Shown: piece by piece, positions 9,270 through 19,772 of the stretch
Position numbering within the stretch: position 1 is the stretch's first letter
Layout: each line of letters begins with the position of its first letter
Origin: Treponema sp.
Lineage (GTDB): Bacteria > Spirochaetota > Spirochaetia > Treponematales > Treponemataceae
DNA: 64,000 bases
NCBI GenBank assembly: GCA_012519415.1
Contig: JAAYQG010000079.1
Location: 24,474-88,473, forward strand
Direction: 5' to 3'
Made by a program: the position numbers and the translations under genes
The notes under the pieces: model-generated
Databases searched by the model: none
Seen by the model: the letters and a program-made list of their open reading frames with translations, nothing else
What the model was told of the DNA's origin: nothing

Positions 9270-12200
9270 TTACTTTTTTAGTTCATTTAATAGTTTTGAA
9301 ACCGCGGAAATTATACCTTCATAGTCAAAAATATCAGTTGCTGTTTTAATAGCTTTTATATACAAAGAATGTGGCTCTTGCCAAAAAAATTTAGCAAGCT
9401 CATCAAGACAATCTTCTATTGCTATTATGTCTGTGTTTTGAGCACGATCTAAGATAAATGTCGCTTTTCGTTCTAATAACTCGATATTTCCTGGCTCCAG
9501 ATTTTCAAAAATATTCAAATCTTCAACAGAAACAAGATACTCTTTTATATTGTCTGTAAGCTGCGAAAGTTGGAGCAAAAAAGCTGTAATATTTGTTTGA
9601 ATATAAGCAGTATTTATATGTTTGCCGGCATCTTCCATGCGCAATGCAAAAGCTGCAAAATCTTCTGCGCCAATATTTGCGGCAGCACCTTTTAGTGCAT
9701 GTGCATAAATTGAAAAAAGATGCCAGTCTTGATTATCAATTGCATATTGTAATTGTTGAATTTTGTTTGAAGAATCAATAGCAAATGTTGTAAGAATATC
9801 ATGATATGCATTTAAATCATCACCTGCAAACGAAAGCCCGACTTTGTAATTTATATCAGCAATAAATAGCTTATCTTCTGACAAAGGTTCATCTGTATGC
9901 TTTTTCTTGAAAATCTTTATTTCCGGCAGCCAGTTTTGCAAAATTGCATTAAGCCGTTCAGGTTCAATCGGCTTTGCAAGAAAATCGTTCATTCCTTCTG
10001 CAATAAACATTTCTTTCACGCCGCTTATTGCGTTAGCCGTCAATGCAATAATTGGAACGTCGCCGTTTTCTGTGTTGAGATTGCGAATTGCATGAGTTGC
10101 ATCAATCCCATCCATTTCCGGCATCATATGGTCCATAAAAACAAGATCGTATATATTTTCTTTTATTTTATTTATAGCTTCAAACCCTGATTGAGCAGCA
10201 TCTGCTTCTATATCATGGCTTCTTAAAAGACCTATAGCAACTTTTATATTTACAACATTATCGTCTACAACTAAAATTTTTGCGTCCGGTGCACTTACTT
10301 TATAATCATGTTCAACAGAAAGCTTAGCAGATGATTGCGGCACAAAACCTAACATAAGGACTTGCGCAAGTTGAATACAGTTGAGCGGCATCGGTACAAT
10401 CTGCAAATTATTATCATACTGAAAATCGCTTGAGCCTTCTGCTAAAACTGCAAATTTAATATTGATTTTTTTCTGTTTTGCAAAAACAAAAAGCTTTCTA
10501 TAATAAATGGAAGAAATAAGCACAAAATCAAAATTACTGTGTCCGTCTGACAGAGGTTTGCTTAGTTGCGATTTAAATTCTTCAGGTTCTTTTGTATGAA
10601 CATATTTTAGCTTTAATTCACCTAAAATCTTTTTAATGTTTTCTGCATAATTTTTGCGCGGCTCGTAAACAAGCACAGTTTTAGTATTTTTGCCGGAAAG
10701 TGCGACTAACGGTGCTTCATTTTCAATTTCTTGCTTAATTGTTGCTGTAAATACGGAACCTTTGCCATATTCACTTTGAACAGAAATTGAACCATTCATC
10801 ATTTCGCAAAGCTGTTTTGTAATAGAAAGACCAAGTCCTGTTCCTACAATATTGCGGTTGCGTTTTGTATCAACTCTTGAAAAAAGCTCAAAAAGATTCG
10901 AGAAATTTTCATTCTTTATTCCAATACCGGAATCTTCAACGCAAAATTTAAGCTGAATGGATTTGCCTTCCACCTCGCCTGAAATATCAAGCTTTATAAA
11001 TCCTTCTCTTGTATATTTTACAGCATTTCCAAGAACATTGATGAGTATTTGCTTTATTCTGTTTTCATCGCCGATAAGCTTGTGCGGCAACGACGGATCT
11101 ATGTTAACAAAAAACGCAAGTCCTTTGGCTGTTGTACGCATTTTGATTAATGTGAGCACATCGTTGATAAGTGCACCAAAATCATACGAAATCGAAACTA
11201 AATCCAAGCGTCCTGATTCAATCTTTGAAATATCAAGAATATCATCAATGATACCCAAAAGACTTCTTGTCGCCGTATTTATATCTTGCGCATACTCCTT
11301 TATAAGAGGTGGAGTTTTTTCAAGCAAAATCAATTCTGACATACCAAGAATCGCATTCATAGGCGTTCTTATTTCGTGGCTCATGTTTGCAAGAAAATTA
11401 GATTTTGCTTTTGTTGCTTGCAATGCCAATTCTTTTGCTTCAATTAAGGATGAAGATGTTTCTTCTTGGATAATTTGTGCAGCAAAAATACGAGCACCTG
11501 TTGCAAGAACCGCTTCTTCATCTGAAGAAAATACTCGCTCTTTGTGGCAATAGTCGTAGCACATAAATCCCCAAAATTCATCTTGGAAAACAAGCGGAAC
11601 AACTAATGTAGAAAGAATTTCAAGCGGTCGATATAATTTTTGTGGAACTGTAGTTGTTGAAAAATTTTCGTTTTTTATACCCTCTTTTTCAAGCTTGCTT
11701 TTCCATAAACGCAACACATTTGTTTTGTCTTCAAAAATTTCCGGAAGCGGTGGCGTGTTAAACAATGATGTTCTTGACGATTGCCATAATACAATACGGG
11801 TACATGTATCAAATTGATCGTTTCCTTTTTGCCAATTGTTACGCCATATATGAACCCGATCAAGGTCGAGCTGTTCACCGATTTTTTTTAGCCCTGTTTT
11901 AAGACGGTCGTAAAAACATATTTGCGAAACTGCTGTTAATTCCCTTGTTATTTCAGTTACAGTCAAAAGAAGTAAATCACGCTCGGCGATTTTTCGTATG
12001 CTTTCTTGCTGGAAAATATATGCAAGAATCATATGTCCACAAGTGTTTACAATATTTTCTTGCCCCGCAGAAAAAAAACGTTCGTTTCGGCAATCACTTA
12101 CACCGATATATCCCCAATATTCTTTTCCGAGAACTATTTGGATTGTAAGCTGTGAGCGAACGCGCTGCTCAAGAAGACTCTCGTATCCGCGCGGCTTATC

Positions 12201-13532
12201 TTTGGCAACTCTTACATTTGTAATCAATTGGTCTGGTTTCATGTTGTTTTCAACATCTTCCCGCGAAATCTGCTTTTTATTAATAAGCCCTTGTGGATTT
12301 TCCGGCGCATCAGCAGACTCCCAGTAATATTTTAACGAAAGCCAGTAGCCGTTTTCACAGTCTTCCGTTTTTTGCCAGATGAAAATCCTGTCCGCTTCAA
12401 CAGATTCACCAATAATATGCAATGCGCTATAAATGCGCTCATCAAATTCTGTTCCATCGTTTTCTGTCAAAACTTTTGTAACTTCATTGCTTGTTTCAAC
12501 TATTTTATCTCTTTTCTGTTTTGCCAAAAAATTATCATGTTTTATAATATGGTCAAGAAACATATATGCACATGTATTCAAGATGTTTTCTTCATTGCGC
12601 GTAAAAAGCCTTTCGCTGTGGCAATTATCAAAACCGATAAATCCCCAGTACTGATCATTCAAAAAAAACTGAACGACAAGAAGCGAAAGAACATTATCTT
12701 GAAGACTATCCTCCCAGCCTCTTGGTTTGTCTGAAATTCGAGCATTTAAAAACCGCTGATCCGGCTGTTTTTTGATTGCAATTTCTTCTGCGCTTATAAA
12801 TCTGTCGCTCCGGTTTTTAGGCGGAACATTTGCCGACTCCCATAAAAAAATCTGTTCAACAAAACAACCGCCGTTTTCTTCTCGCACATTTTGATATACA
12901 TATACTCTGTCTACACCAACAGATTCTCCAACAACACGGAGTGCCTCATTCATTCTCTGTTCAAAGCTGATTTCGGAATTAAAAATATTTGTAACATCGT
13001 TTGTTGTTCGTAAAATTTTATCTCTATGAGCTTGTTGTTGGTCAAAAATTTCTTTGCTGAAATCGGTTTCTTGTTTATTAATCTGAAAATACGCACCTAT
13101 AACAATACGAAAAATTTCCGAAAGAATTGTACAATCATCTTGAGAAAAGCTTTGAATACTTCTCTCTCTTAAAAGACCAAATCCCAAAAATTCAGTATGT
13201 CGGATAAAAGGGAATATCGTATCTGTATTATCCAAAGGCAAGCATTCAAGTTTTTTTGAAACAATCTTAGAAAGATTTTTTTGAAAAATAGAATTAAAAT
13301 CAATATTTTGTTTTCTATCTGCACCAGACGATATTTTGAACTGGCAGAAATATGAGTTGTTCTCCGGAATTATAGCCCAAATCTCTACATCTTTCGCATT
13401 TGTTGCAATAGATATGGATTTTAATGCTTTATTTATAACTGCTTGGTCTTGTTTGACAGTTGTATCAATAAGGCTGGATATATGTTTGAGAAGCTGAATT
13501 GTAGAATCCATAGGAGAATTTTGTGTAGTCAT
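9270..13532 (-). CDS. Cytoplasmic hybrid sensor histidine kinase: four tandem GAF-like modules, HisKA, HATPase_c, pseudo-receiver, REC and HPt
   Basis: H-box [17 protein letters not shown] boxes [23 protein letters not shown]: ILVVDDN...[12 protein letters not shown]...ALTA...K. HPt: [12 protein letters not shown]. Repeated (Y/F)WG(F/Y)(I/M)xxDxCxxERxF GAF-type modules. No TM helix. Confidence 0.85.
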   Translation of the reverse strand: MTTQNSPMDSTIQLLKHISSLIDTTVKQDQAVINKALKSISIATNAKDVEIWAIIPENNSYFCQFKISSGADRKQNIDFNSIFQKNLSKIVSKKLECLPLDNTDTIFPFIRHTEFLGFGLLRERSIQSFSQDDCTILSEIFRIVIGAYFQINKQETDFSKEIFDQQQAHRDKILRTTNDVTNIFNSEISFEQRMNEALRVVGESVGVDRVYVYQNVREENGGCFVEQIFLWESANVPPKNRSDRFISAEEIAIKKQPDQRFLNARISDKPRGWEDSLQDNVLSLLVVQFFLNDQYWGFIGFDNCHSERLFTRNEENILNTCAYMFLDHIIKHDNFLAKQKRDKIVETSNEVTKVLTENDGTEFDERIYSALHIIGESVEADRIFIWQKTEDCENGYWLSLKYYWESADAPENPQGLINKKQISREDVENNMKPDQLITNVRVAKDKPRGYESLLEQRVRSQLTIQIVLGKEYWGYIGVSDCRNERFFSAGQENIVNTCGHMILAYIFQQESIRKIAERDLLLLTVTEITRELTAVSQICFYDRLKTGLKKIGEQLDLDRVHIWRNNWQKGNDQFDTCTRIVLWQSSRTSLFNTPPLPEIFEDKTNVLRLWKSKLEKEGIKNENFSTTTVPQKLYRPLEILSTLVVPLVFQDEFWGFMCYDYCHKERVFSSDEEAVLATGARIFAAQIIQEETSSSLIEAKELALQATKAKSNFLANMSHEIRTPMNAILGMSELILLEKTPPLIKEYAQDINTATRSLLGIIDDILDISKIESGRLDLVSISYDFGALINDVLTLIKMRTTAKGLAFFVNIDPSLPHKLIGDENRIKQILINVLGNAVKYTREGFIKLDISGEVEGKSIQLKFCVEDSGIGIKNENFSNLFELFSRVDTKRNRNIVGTGLGLSITKQLCEMMNGSISVQSEYGKGSVFTATIKQEIENEAPLVALSGKNTKTVLVYEPRKNYAENIKKILGELKLKYVHTKEPEEFKSQLSKPLSDGHSNFDFVLISSIYYRKLFVFAKQKKINIKFAVLAEGSSDFQYDNNLQIVPMPLNCIQLAQVLMLGFVPQSSAKLSVEHDYKVSAPDAKILVVDDNVVNIKVAIGLLRSHDIEADAAQSGFEAINKIKENIYDLVFMDHMMPEMDGIDATHAIRNLNTENGDVPIIALTANAISGVKEMFIAEGMNDFLAKPIEPERLNAILQNWLPEIKIFKKKHTDEPLSEDKLFIADINYKVGLSFAGDDLNAYHDILTTFAIDSSNKIQQLQYAIDNQDWHLFSIYAHALKGAAANIGAEDFAAFALRMEDAGKHINTAYIQTNITAFLLQLSQLTDNIKEYLVSVEDLNIFENLEPGNIELLERKATFILDRAQNTDIIAIEDCLDELAKFFWQEPHSLYIKAIKTATDIFDYEGIISAVSKLLNELKK

Positions 13533-13742
13533 AAATTTTTATAATGCCTTTTTTGACTGAATAACATATCTTTGCAGAATATATACAATATCATAAATAA
13601 AAGGTTTTGTCTTAGAAATATTTCTTTTCCTTGTAAATTTTACAGACTTAACTTATTAACGTATTTTGTTTATACCAAAAGTTTTATATCTCAACACACT
13701 AAAAGCTGCAACACAAATCTTAGACAAATGCAACGATATTTG

Positions 13743-13760
13743 TTGTGAACGATTTCACAG
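13743..13760. promoter_or_regulatory. Rex operator 1: TTGTGAA-CGAT-TTCACAG
   Basis: Matches the Rex consensus TTGTGAAnnnnTTCACAA at 13 of 14 specified positions. Lies just upstream of the rex -35. Confidence 0.7.
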
Positions 13761-13777
13761 GAAAATATTGAAATTTA

Positions 13778-13806
13778 TTGACTCTTTTTTTTCGCAATGA
13801 TAAGAT
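13778..13806 (+). promoter_or_regulatory. sigma70-type promoter of rex: TTGACT-17 nt-TAAGAT
   Basis: -35 at 13778-13783, -10 at 13801-13806, flanked by two Rex boxes. Confidence 0.55.
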
Positions 13807-13819
13807 TTTTTCAGAAAAG

Positions 13820-13837
13820 TTGTGAAAACATTCACAT
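13820..13837. promoter_or_regulatory. Rex operator 2: TTGTGAA-AACA-TTCACAT
   Basis: Matches the Rex consensus at 13 of 14 specified positions. Lies 14 nt downstream of the rex -10, a position suited to repression. Confidence 0.7.
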
Positions 13838-13886
13838 TGGTTTTACATTGACCGTTTTATCGGAAGTTTAAGTCTTGGGTGTTGCG

Positions 13887-14501
13887 ATGGAACAAAAAAT
13901 TTCAAAACCGGCAAGAGAAAGATTAATCCGCCTTGCTAGATTACTAGAGCAGTTTGAAAAATCCGGCAAGACAACAGTTTCGTCTGCTGAAATTCAAAAT
14001 CGCACAGGCTGGACAAGTTTTACCATAAGACGAGATGTTTCAATGCTTGGAGTGCGCTGTGCAAATACTACCGGCTACAATGTTTCTTTGTTGAAAAAAA
14101 CAATCCGCAACACGCTTTCATTAGGTAAAGCCGAAAAACGCTGTTGCATTGTAGGGCTTGGACGCTTGGGCGAAGCACTTGCTGGATTTTCCGGTTTTGC
14201 AAATTCGTCTTTTGTTATAGTGGCGGGTTTTGATTCTAATGTTAACAGAACAGAAACTTTGCGCGCCCCTTTTCCGCTTTATTCTACATCAAAGATGGAG
14301 CAAGTTATTGCGAATGAAAAAATTGAATATGCAATTCTTGCTGTTCCGGAAACTGTGGCAGAACAAATATCATTAAGGCTTTCTGTATGTGGAATACGCG
14401 GAATTGTTAATTATACTACTGCGATTTTGCACTTGCCTGAAACAACCGCAGTTGAAAACCTGTCGGTTATAGATGCACTTCAAAATTTGTCGTGCAAATA
14501 G
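13887..14501 (+). CDS. rex: Redox-sensing transcriptional repressor Rex
   Basis: N-terminal winged-helix segment (RLIRLARLLEQF...VSSAEI) and Rossmann GLGRLGEALAG motif. Two Rex-type operators lie upstream. The six-frame ORF begins at TTG 13875; ATG 13887 is preferred. Confidence 0.85.
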   Translation: MEQKISKPARERLIRLARLLEQFEKSGKTTVSSAEIQNRTGWTSFTIRRDVSMLGVRCANTTGYNVSLLKKTIRNTLSLGKAEKRCCIVGLGRLGEALAGFSGFANSSFVIVAGFDSNVNRTETLRAPFPLYSTSKMEQVIANEKIEYAILAVPETVAEQISLRLSVCGIRGIVNYTTAILHLPETTAVENLSVIDALQNLSCK

Positions 14502-14561
14502 CTTTGTAATGTGCCGGTTCGCCGGTTCAAATAAGAAGATTAAAAATCTTCAAAATATTCT

Positions 14562-14583
14562 CCGCACTAATATGCGGTTTTTT
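14562..14583 (+). terminator. Weak intrinsic terminator or attenuator between rex and serC
   Basis: CCGCA-CTAATA-TGCGG hairpin followed by TTTTTT. The stem is only 5 bp. Confidence 0.4.
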
Positions 14584-14600
14584 ATAGGAGTTAAATTAAA

Positions 14601-15722
14601 ATGGCAAGAGTGTTTAATTTTAGTGCGGGGCCTTCAGCCTTGCCTGAAGAGGTTTTGAAAGAATGCGCTGCAGAAATGCTTGACTGCAATGGAACAGGTC
14701 AGAGTGTAATGGAAATGAGCCACCGCTCAAAAGCCTTTGAACCGATTATTGAAGATGCAGAAGCAATGGTTCGAAAAATGATGAATGTTCCTGCTAATTA
14801 CAAAATTTTGTTTCTTCAAGGAGGTGCATCTACGCAATTTGCAATGGTTCCCCTTAATCTTGGAATACGAACAGGAAAAGCAGCTTACATTAAAACTGGT
14901 GTATGGGCAAAAAAAGCAGAAGCAGAAGCCAAAAAACTCGGTCTTCAAGTAACAACTTTAGCTTCAAGCGAGGATAAAAACTTCTCATATATTCCCCGAG
15001 TTGAAAAAATTACAGGCGATTACGACTATGTTCACATTACACTGAACAACACAATTATGGGAACTCATTATGAATACATTCCAGATACAGGAAATATTCC
15101 CCTTGTTGCGGATATTTCATCTTGTATTTTGAGCGAACCGCTTGATGTTTCAAAATTTGCTCTTCTTTATGCAGGTGCGCAGAAAAACCTTGCTCCGGCC
15201 GGTGTAACGCTCGTAATTATTCGCGAAGATTTAATTACAGAAAATCCTCGAGCAGGAACGCCAACAATGCTCTCATACAAAACACATGCAGACGAAGATT
15301 CAATGTTTAACACGCCACCATGTTACACAATTTATGTTCTTGGTAAAGTTATGCACTGGATTGAAAAAAACGGTGGAGCTGAAGGCATGAAAAAGCGTAA
15401 TTATGAAAAAGCAAATATGCTTTACGATTATCTTGATAAATCGAACTTCTATCATGCAACTGTAGAAAAAGGAAGCCGCTCTATTATGAATATTCCGTTT
15501 CTTACAAAATATTCTACCGGTGCAACGGACGAAGCAAGTCTTGCAAAAGAAAAAGAAATCAATGATGCTTTTGTAAAAGGCGCTGCTGCTGCAGGACTTG
15601 TAAATTTGAAAGGACATCGCCTTGTTGGTGGAATGCGTGCATCTATTTATAATGCAATGACTTTAGACGGCGTTAAAGCTCTTATAAAATATATGGACGA
15701 ATTTGCAGCTAAAAATAACTGA
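14601..15722 (+). CDS. serC: Phosphoserine aminotransferase
   Basis: FNFSAGPSALPEEVL N-terminus, MEMSHRSK, GAQKNLAPAG (PLP-Lys region), GGMRASIYNAM. Confidence 0.9.
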   Translation: MARVFNFSAGPSALPEEVLKECAAEMLDCNGTGQSVMEMSHRSKAFEPIIEDAEAMVRKMMNVPANYKILFLQGGASTQFAMVPLNLGIRTGKAAYIKTGVWAKKAEAEAKKLGLQVTTLASSEDKNFSYIPRVEKITGDYDYVHITLNNTIMGTHYEYIPDTGNIPLVADISSCILSEPLDVSKFALLYAGAQKNLAPAGVTLVIIREDLITENPRAGTPTMLSYKTHADEDSMFNTPPCYTIYVLGKVMHWIEKNGGAEGMKKRNYEKANMLYDYLDKSNFYHATVEKGSRSIMNIPFLTKYSTGATDEASLAKEKEINDAFVKGAAAAGLVNLKGHRLVGGMRASIYNAMTLDGVKALIKYMDEFAAKNN

Positions 15723-15773
15723 TAAAATATCTGTTTATGCAAAATTATAAATTAATTTATTTTGGAGGATAAA

Positions 15774-16952
15774 ATGTTTAAAATACAAACTTTAAATAAA
15801 ATTTCAGCTTCAGGGTTGGAAAAATTTCCGCGAGACGATTATGAAATTGCATCAGAAATTATTAATCCGGACGCAATTTTGCTTCGTTCAGCTGATATGC
15901 ATTCAATGGAATTACCTTCATCTGTAAAAGCTGTTGCCCGCGCAGGTGCTGGAACAAACAATATACCAATTCCTGCTATGACAGAAAAAGGTATTGTGGT
16001 TTTTAATACACCGGGCGCAAATGCAAACGCTGTAAAAGAACTTGTAATTGCAGCTCTCCTTTTTTCCAGCCGCCCTGTGCACAAAGCTGCTGAATGGGTA
16101 AAAACACTTGCGGATAAAGGAGATGAAATCCCCGACCTTGCAGAAAAAGGCAAAAGCCAGTTTGTAGGTCCTGAAATTAAGGGAAAAACACTCGGAGTTA
16201 TCGGCTTGGGTGCGATTGGTGCAATGGTTGCAAATGTTGCTATTGGGCTTGAAATGGACGTAATCGGCTATGATCCGTTTATTTCTGTTGATGCAGCATG
16301 GAGCTTGAGCCGCGCTGTTCATAAAGCAGAAAGTCTTGATTCTTTGCTTTCAAAAGCTGATTACATTTCACTTCATGTGCCGCAAACAAATGATACAAAA
16401 GGCTTTATTAATGCAGATCGCCTTTCAATTATGAAAAAAGGTGTTCGTATTTTGAACTTTGCGCGCGGCGGACTTGTTGTAAATAAAGATATTCTTGTTG
16501 CAATAGATACTGGAAAAGTTGAATGTTACACATGCGATTTTGCAGACGAAGAATTGCTCAAAAACGATAAAGTTATTTGCCTTCCACATCTTGGAGCTTC
16601 TACACCTGAAGCAGAAGATAACTGTGCGTTCATGGCTGTTGCTCAGTTGCGCGATTTTCTTGAAAACGGAAATATCATTAATTCTGTGAATTTTCCGAAA
16701 TGTAAAATGGACGAGCCGGTTCCGGCAAATGGAACACGAATCTGTATTGCAAACAAAAACATTCCTAATATGGTTGGTCAAATTACAACAGTCCTAGCTG
16801 CTGCAAAATGTAACATTGCAGCAATGGTCAATCAAAACCGTGCAGACGTAGCTTATAACATTATTGATGTCGAAAATGCTATTGATAATTCAGTTGCAGA
16901 AAAACTAAAAGCTATTTCAGGCGTAATTTCCGTTCGTTTTATTACTGCATAA
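15774..16952 (+). CDS. serA: D-3-phosphoglycerate dehydrogenase with C-terminal ACT-like domain
   Basis: 2-hydroxyacid dehydrogenase motifs GVIGLGAIGAMVA, NFARGGLV, LPHLGAST. GGAGGA SD 6 nt before ATG 15774; the ORF track starts at TTG 15762. Confidence 0.85.
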   Translation: MFKIQTLNKISASGLEKFPRDDYEIASEIINPDAILLRSADMHSMELPSSVKAVARAGAGTNNIPIPAMTEKGIVVFNTPGANANAVKELVIAALLFSSRPVHKAAEWVKTLADKGDEIPDLAEKGKSQFVGPEIKGKTLGVIGLGAIGAMVANVAIGLEMDVIGYDPFISVDAAWSLSRAVHKAESLDSLLSKADYISLHVPQTNDTKGFINADRLSIMKKGVRILNFARGGLVVNKDILVAIDTGKVECYTCDFADEELLKNDKVICLPHLGASTPEAEDNCAFMAVAQLRDFLENGNIINSVNFPKCKMDEPVPANGTRICIANKNIPNMVGQITTVLAAAKCNIAAMVNQNRADVAYNIIDVENAIDNSVAEKLKAISGVISVRFITA

Positions 16953-16976
16953 GGCTTAGTGGATTTTTTCTGGGGA

Positions 16977-17004
16977 AAAGCTCAAGGTTAAAAACTTGAG
17001 CTTT
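16977..17004. terminator. Bidirectional intrinsic terminator between serA and the convergent GerMN gene
   Basis: AAAGCTCAAG-GTTAAAAA-CTTGAGCTTT hairpin with an A-tract 5' and a T-tract 3'. Confidence 0.7.
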
Positions 17005-17877
17005 TTATTTAAAGCTTGATCTTGAAAGCGGAGACCCGATCCAAACACCTTCGCTTCCTAGATAGTCTTGTTTAAGACCTTCTATTAAAAACTGCACGCT
17101 ATCAACTGTTTGAAAAGCTGTTGCTGTGTAGACAATTTGGATAAGTTGTCCTATATAACCTTCAACACCGTATTTGTTCCACTGAAAAGCATCATTAAAA
17201 CTAAGATATGCAACTTTATTTTTTACAGTTGCAGAAAGCAGTACAGTACCTTCCGGTATTAATGAAATATATCCTTTTGATTCTTCTTCTATGTTTGTTC
17301 CCGCAAGAAGTGTTTGCAAAGAAGCTGTTAGCGGAGAATTTGTAGCAGGAATTAAACGAGCTGTTTCTTTTCTTATTAGGTTTCCGGAACTGTCAATGTA
17401 CATAAAATAAAGCGCAACATCTCGCTTTTCAGATTCTGCTTGTACAGCTTGCTCCAAATTTTCTGAATCTTTTTGAGCTGCATTTTCAAAAGCAGATGAA
17501 ACTTGTGCATCTGGCTGCAATAATTGTCCGGAATTTTCTGTGAATACGGGTGCAGTTTCTTCATTTCCTGTTGTTTCAGAAACAGTTGTAATATCAATGG
17601 AAAAAATATCTTCAACAGGCTGCAACGGGCGAGCAACATTATCGGATGTTGCAGATTCTTGAACTGCAAATTCAATTTCGGTTTTTAATTCAACTTCTTT
17701 TGATTCTTCTGTTTTTTTATTAGCTTCTTTTCCGGGCGAACCAAAAACAGATTCAACAAATTGCGTTTCTTTGAGAACTTCTTTTATACGTTCAAGATTC
17801 ATTGCAAAAACAGTAAGAATAATTGTACCGAAAACAACGCAGAATAAAGCGACAGACGAATTATTTTTATCAGACAT
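17005..17877 (-). CDS. GerMN-domain protein (membrane-anchored, periplasmic)
   Basis: N-terminal TM, low-complexity linker. C-terminal VALYFMYIDSSGNL...LLAGT...LLSATVKNKVAYLSFNDAF...TVDSVQFLIEG matches the GerMN pattern. Confidence 0.6.
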   Translation of the reverse strand: MSDKNNSSVALFCVVFGTIILTVFAMNLERIKEVLKETQFVESVFGSPGKEANKKTEESKEVELKTEIEFAVQESATSDNVARPLQPVEDIFSIDITTVSETTGNEETAPVFTENSGQLLQPDAQVSSAFENAAQKDSENLEQAVQAESEKRDVALYFMYIDSSGNLIRKETARLIPATNSPLTASLQTLLAGTNIEEESKGYISLIPEGTVLLSATVKNKVAYLSFNDAFQWNKYGVEGYIGQLIQIVYTATAFQTVDSVQFLIEGLKQDYLGSEGVWIGSPLSRSSFK

Positions 17878-17955
17878 AGTGCGTAAGAGTATAATACAAA
17901 TTAATTTAAAGGAAAACTCCTTTCTTGTAATTTGTAAAAACTTGTTTCTGCCTGT

Positions 17956-17984
17956 TTGACAGTCATCGTCTGCGCTGATATATT
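17956..17984 (+). promoter_or_regulatory. sigma70-type promoter of ptsI: TTGACA-17 nt-TATATT, ATG 17992 follows 7 nt after the -10 (leaderless candidate)
   Basis: -35 at 17956-17961, -10 at 17979-17984, no SD. Confidence 0.6.
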
Positions 17985-17991
17985 CTTATAT

Positions 17992-19728
17992 ATGAAGATT
18001 TTGCAAGGCATATCCGCTTCCGCTGGTATTGGTTCCGGCGCTGTTTTTATTGTTCCGGAATCAGAACAGACGGCTGTTGATAAAAAGTCCATTTCTAAAA
18101 ATGAAGTTGAGTCTCAATGGGAACGTTTTTTGCAAGCGGTTGAGCAAGTAAAAAATGATTTTAATGTAATTACAAGCTCAAAAAACAAAGAACAAGTTGC
18201 AATTTTTGAAACATACATGGCAATGATTGAAGATTCTGTTTTTCAAGACCAAATCAAAAAAGCACATCAATCAAGCTTGCTAAACATTGAATATGTTGTT
18301 TATGAACAATATCAACAAATGGCAGACACAATGCGCAAAACAGGCGATGATTATTTAAGTCAACGCGCTGATGATATATGTGATGTTTTTGGGCGTGTTG
18401 TCAATGTTTTGCTTAACAAAAAACACTTTGATATAGAATCTTTGCCGAAAAAATCTGTTGTTGTTGCTAAAATGATGATGCCTACAGATGCGGTAATGCT
18501 GGAAAAACGAAATGTTGCAGCCGTTGTTCTTGAAGAAGGCGGTGTAAACAGCCATTTTGCTATTTTGGCGCGAAATTACGGGATTCCTGCTGTTGTCGGC
18601 GCAAAAAATATCCTTGATAATGTTTCCGATGGAGATAAAGCTATTGTTGACGGAGATACTGGTTCTGTTATAATAAATCCGGACAAAGCAAAATTAGTTC
18701 AGCATGAAAAAGACAAAATCATAAAAGAAAAACAAAAAAAAGAGCTTGCTGCTTTTAAAACAGCACAAGCTAAAACAAGCGACGGCACAAAATTCGATAT
18801 TTATGCTAACATAGGCACACCAGAAGAAGCTTTGGTTGCAGCGCAAGAAGGTGCCGATGGAATAGGTCTTTTCCGCACTGAATTTTTGTTTATGAATGCG
18901 AACAAAATTCTTTCAGAAGATGAACAGTTTAATGTTTATTCAAAAGTGCTAAAAACAATGGGCAAAAAACCTGTAACAATACGCACTTTAGATGCAGGTG
19001 CTGATAAAATTGTTCCTATTGAAGAAATTTCCGAAGCAGACGAAACAAATCCGCTGCTTGGTTGGCGTGCAATTCGTATTAGTCTTGCAAGAGTGGATTT
19101 ATTTAAAACGCAGCTTCGCGCTTTGTTTCGTGCAAGCGTTTATGGCAACTTGCGCATAATGTTTCCGCTTGTTTGTACAATTGAAGAACTTGAAAAAGCA
19201 CTTGAAATTGTAAAAGAAGTCAAAGCCGAATTAAAGACTGAAAAATGCAAATTTTCAGATAATATTGAAATAGGAATTATGATAGAAACGGCGGCATCAG
19301 CTATTATTTCCGACTTTTTTGCTGAAAAAGCTGATTTCTTTTCAGTTGGAACAAATGATTTGACGCAGTATTCCATTGGAGTTGACCGCGACAATACAAA
19401 AGTATCTTATCTTTTTGATGAAATGCATCCTGCCATAATTAGAATGATTTGGCAGACTGTAAAAAATGCTGATGCGCAAAAAATTTCAATTTCAGTTTGT
19501 GGCGAAATGGCTTCCAGACCGGAAGGAATCGCCGTTTTAGCAGGAATTGGAGTTCGTAATTTCAGCATGAGTGCGAGCAAAATTAATGCGGCAAAAGAAC
19601 TTTTGTCAAAACATTCAATAAAGGAATTTGAGCTTCTTGCTGAAAAAGCATTAAAAACTCCATCTGCTTCGGCAATTAAAAAATTGGCAGAAACATTAAT
19701 TAACTCAACAGCTTCTCTGCACAAATAA
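17992..19728 (+). CDS. ptsI: Phosphoenolpyruvate-protein phosphotransferase (PTS enzyme I)
   Basis: MKILQGISASAGIG N-terminus, GGVNSHFAILARNYGIPAVVG (active-site His region), GLFRTEFLF, SVGTNDLTQY. The promoter sits inside the 17956 ORF extension. Confidence 0.9.
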   Translation: MKILQGISASAGIGSGAVFIVPESEQTAVDKKSISKNEVESQWERFLQAVEQVKNDFNVITSSKNKEQVAIFETYMAMIEDSVFQDQIKKAHQSSLLNIEYVVYEQYQQMADTMRKTGDDYLSQRADDICDVFGRVVNVLLNKKHFDIESLPKKSVVVAKMMMPTDAVMLEKRNVAAVVLEEGGVNSHFAILARNYGIPAVVGAKNILDNVSDGDKAIVDGDTGSVIINPDKAKLVQHEKDKIIKEKQKKELAAFKTAQAKTSDGTKFDIYANIGTPEEALVAAQEGADGIGLFRTEFLFMNANKILSEDEQFNVYSKVLKTMGKKPVTIRTLDAGADKIVPIEEISEADETNPLLGWRAIRISLARVDLFKTQLRALFRASVYGNLRIMFPLVCTIEELEKALEIVKEVKAELKTEKCKFSDNIEIGIMIETAASAIISDFFAEKADFFSVGTNDLTQYSIGVDRDNTKVSYLFDEMHPAIIRMIWQTVKNADAQKISISVCGEMASRPEGIAVLAGIGVRNFSMSASKINAAKELLSKHSIKEFELLAEKALKTPSASAIKKLAETLINSTASLHK

Positions 19729-19772
19729 TTTTTGTCCGTCGGACTTCGCCCTAAATGAAAGGACTTTAACAT

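Noticed and set aside
10957-11553. 198-aa plus-strand ORF, with similar ones at 12372-12734, 9897-10190 and 11998-12327
   Set aside because: They lie entirely antisense within the motif-rich hybrid histidine kinase gene. The composition is low-complexity Ser/Ile/Phe-rich, typical of shadow ORFs in AT-rich DNA. No start signals are present.
14513-14528. Tandem direct repeat GCCGGTTC GCCGGTTC just after the rex stop codon
   Set aside because: There are only two 8-nt copies and no further periodicity or symmetry. It is too short to argue for function.
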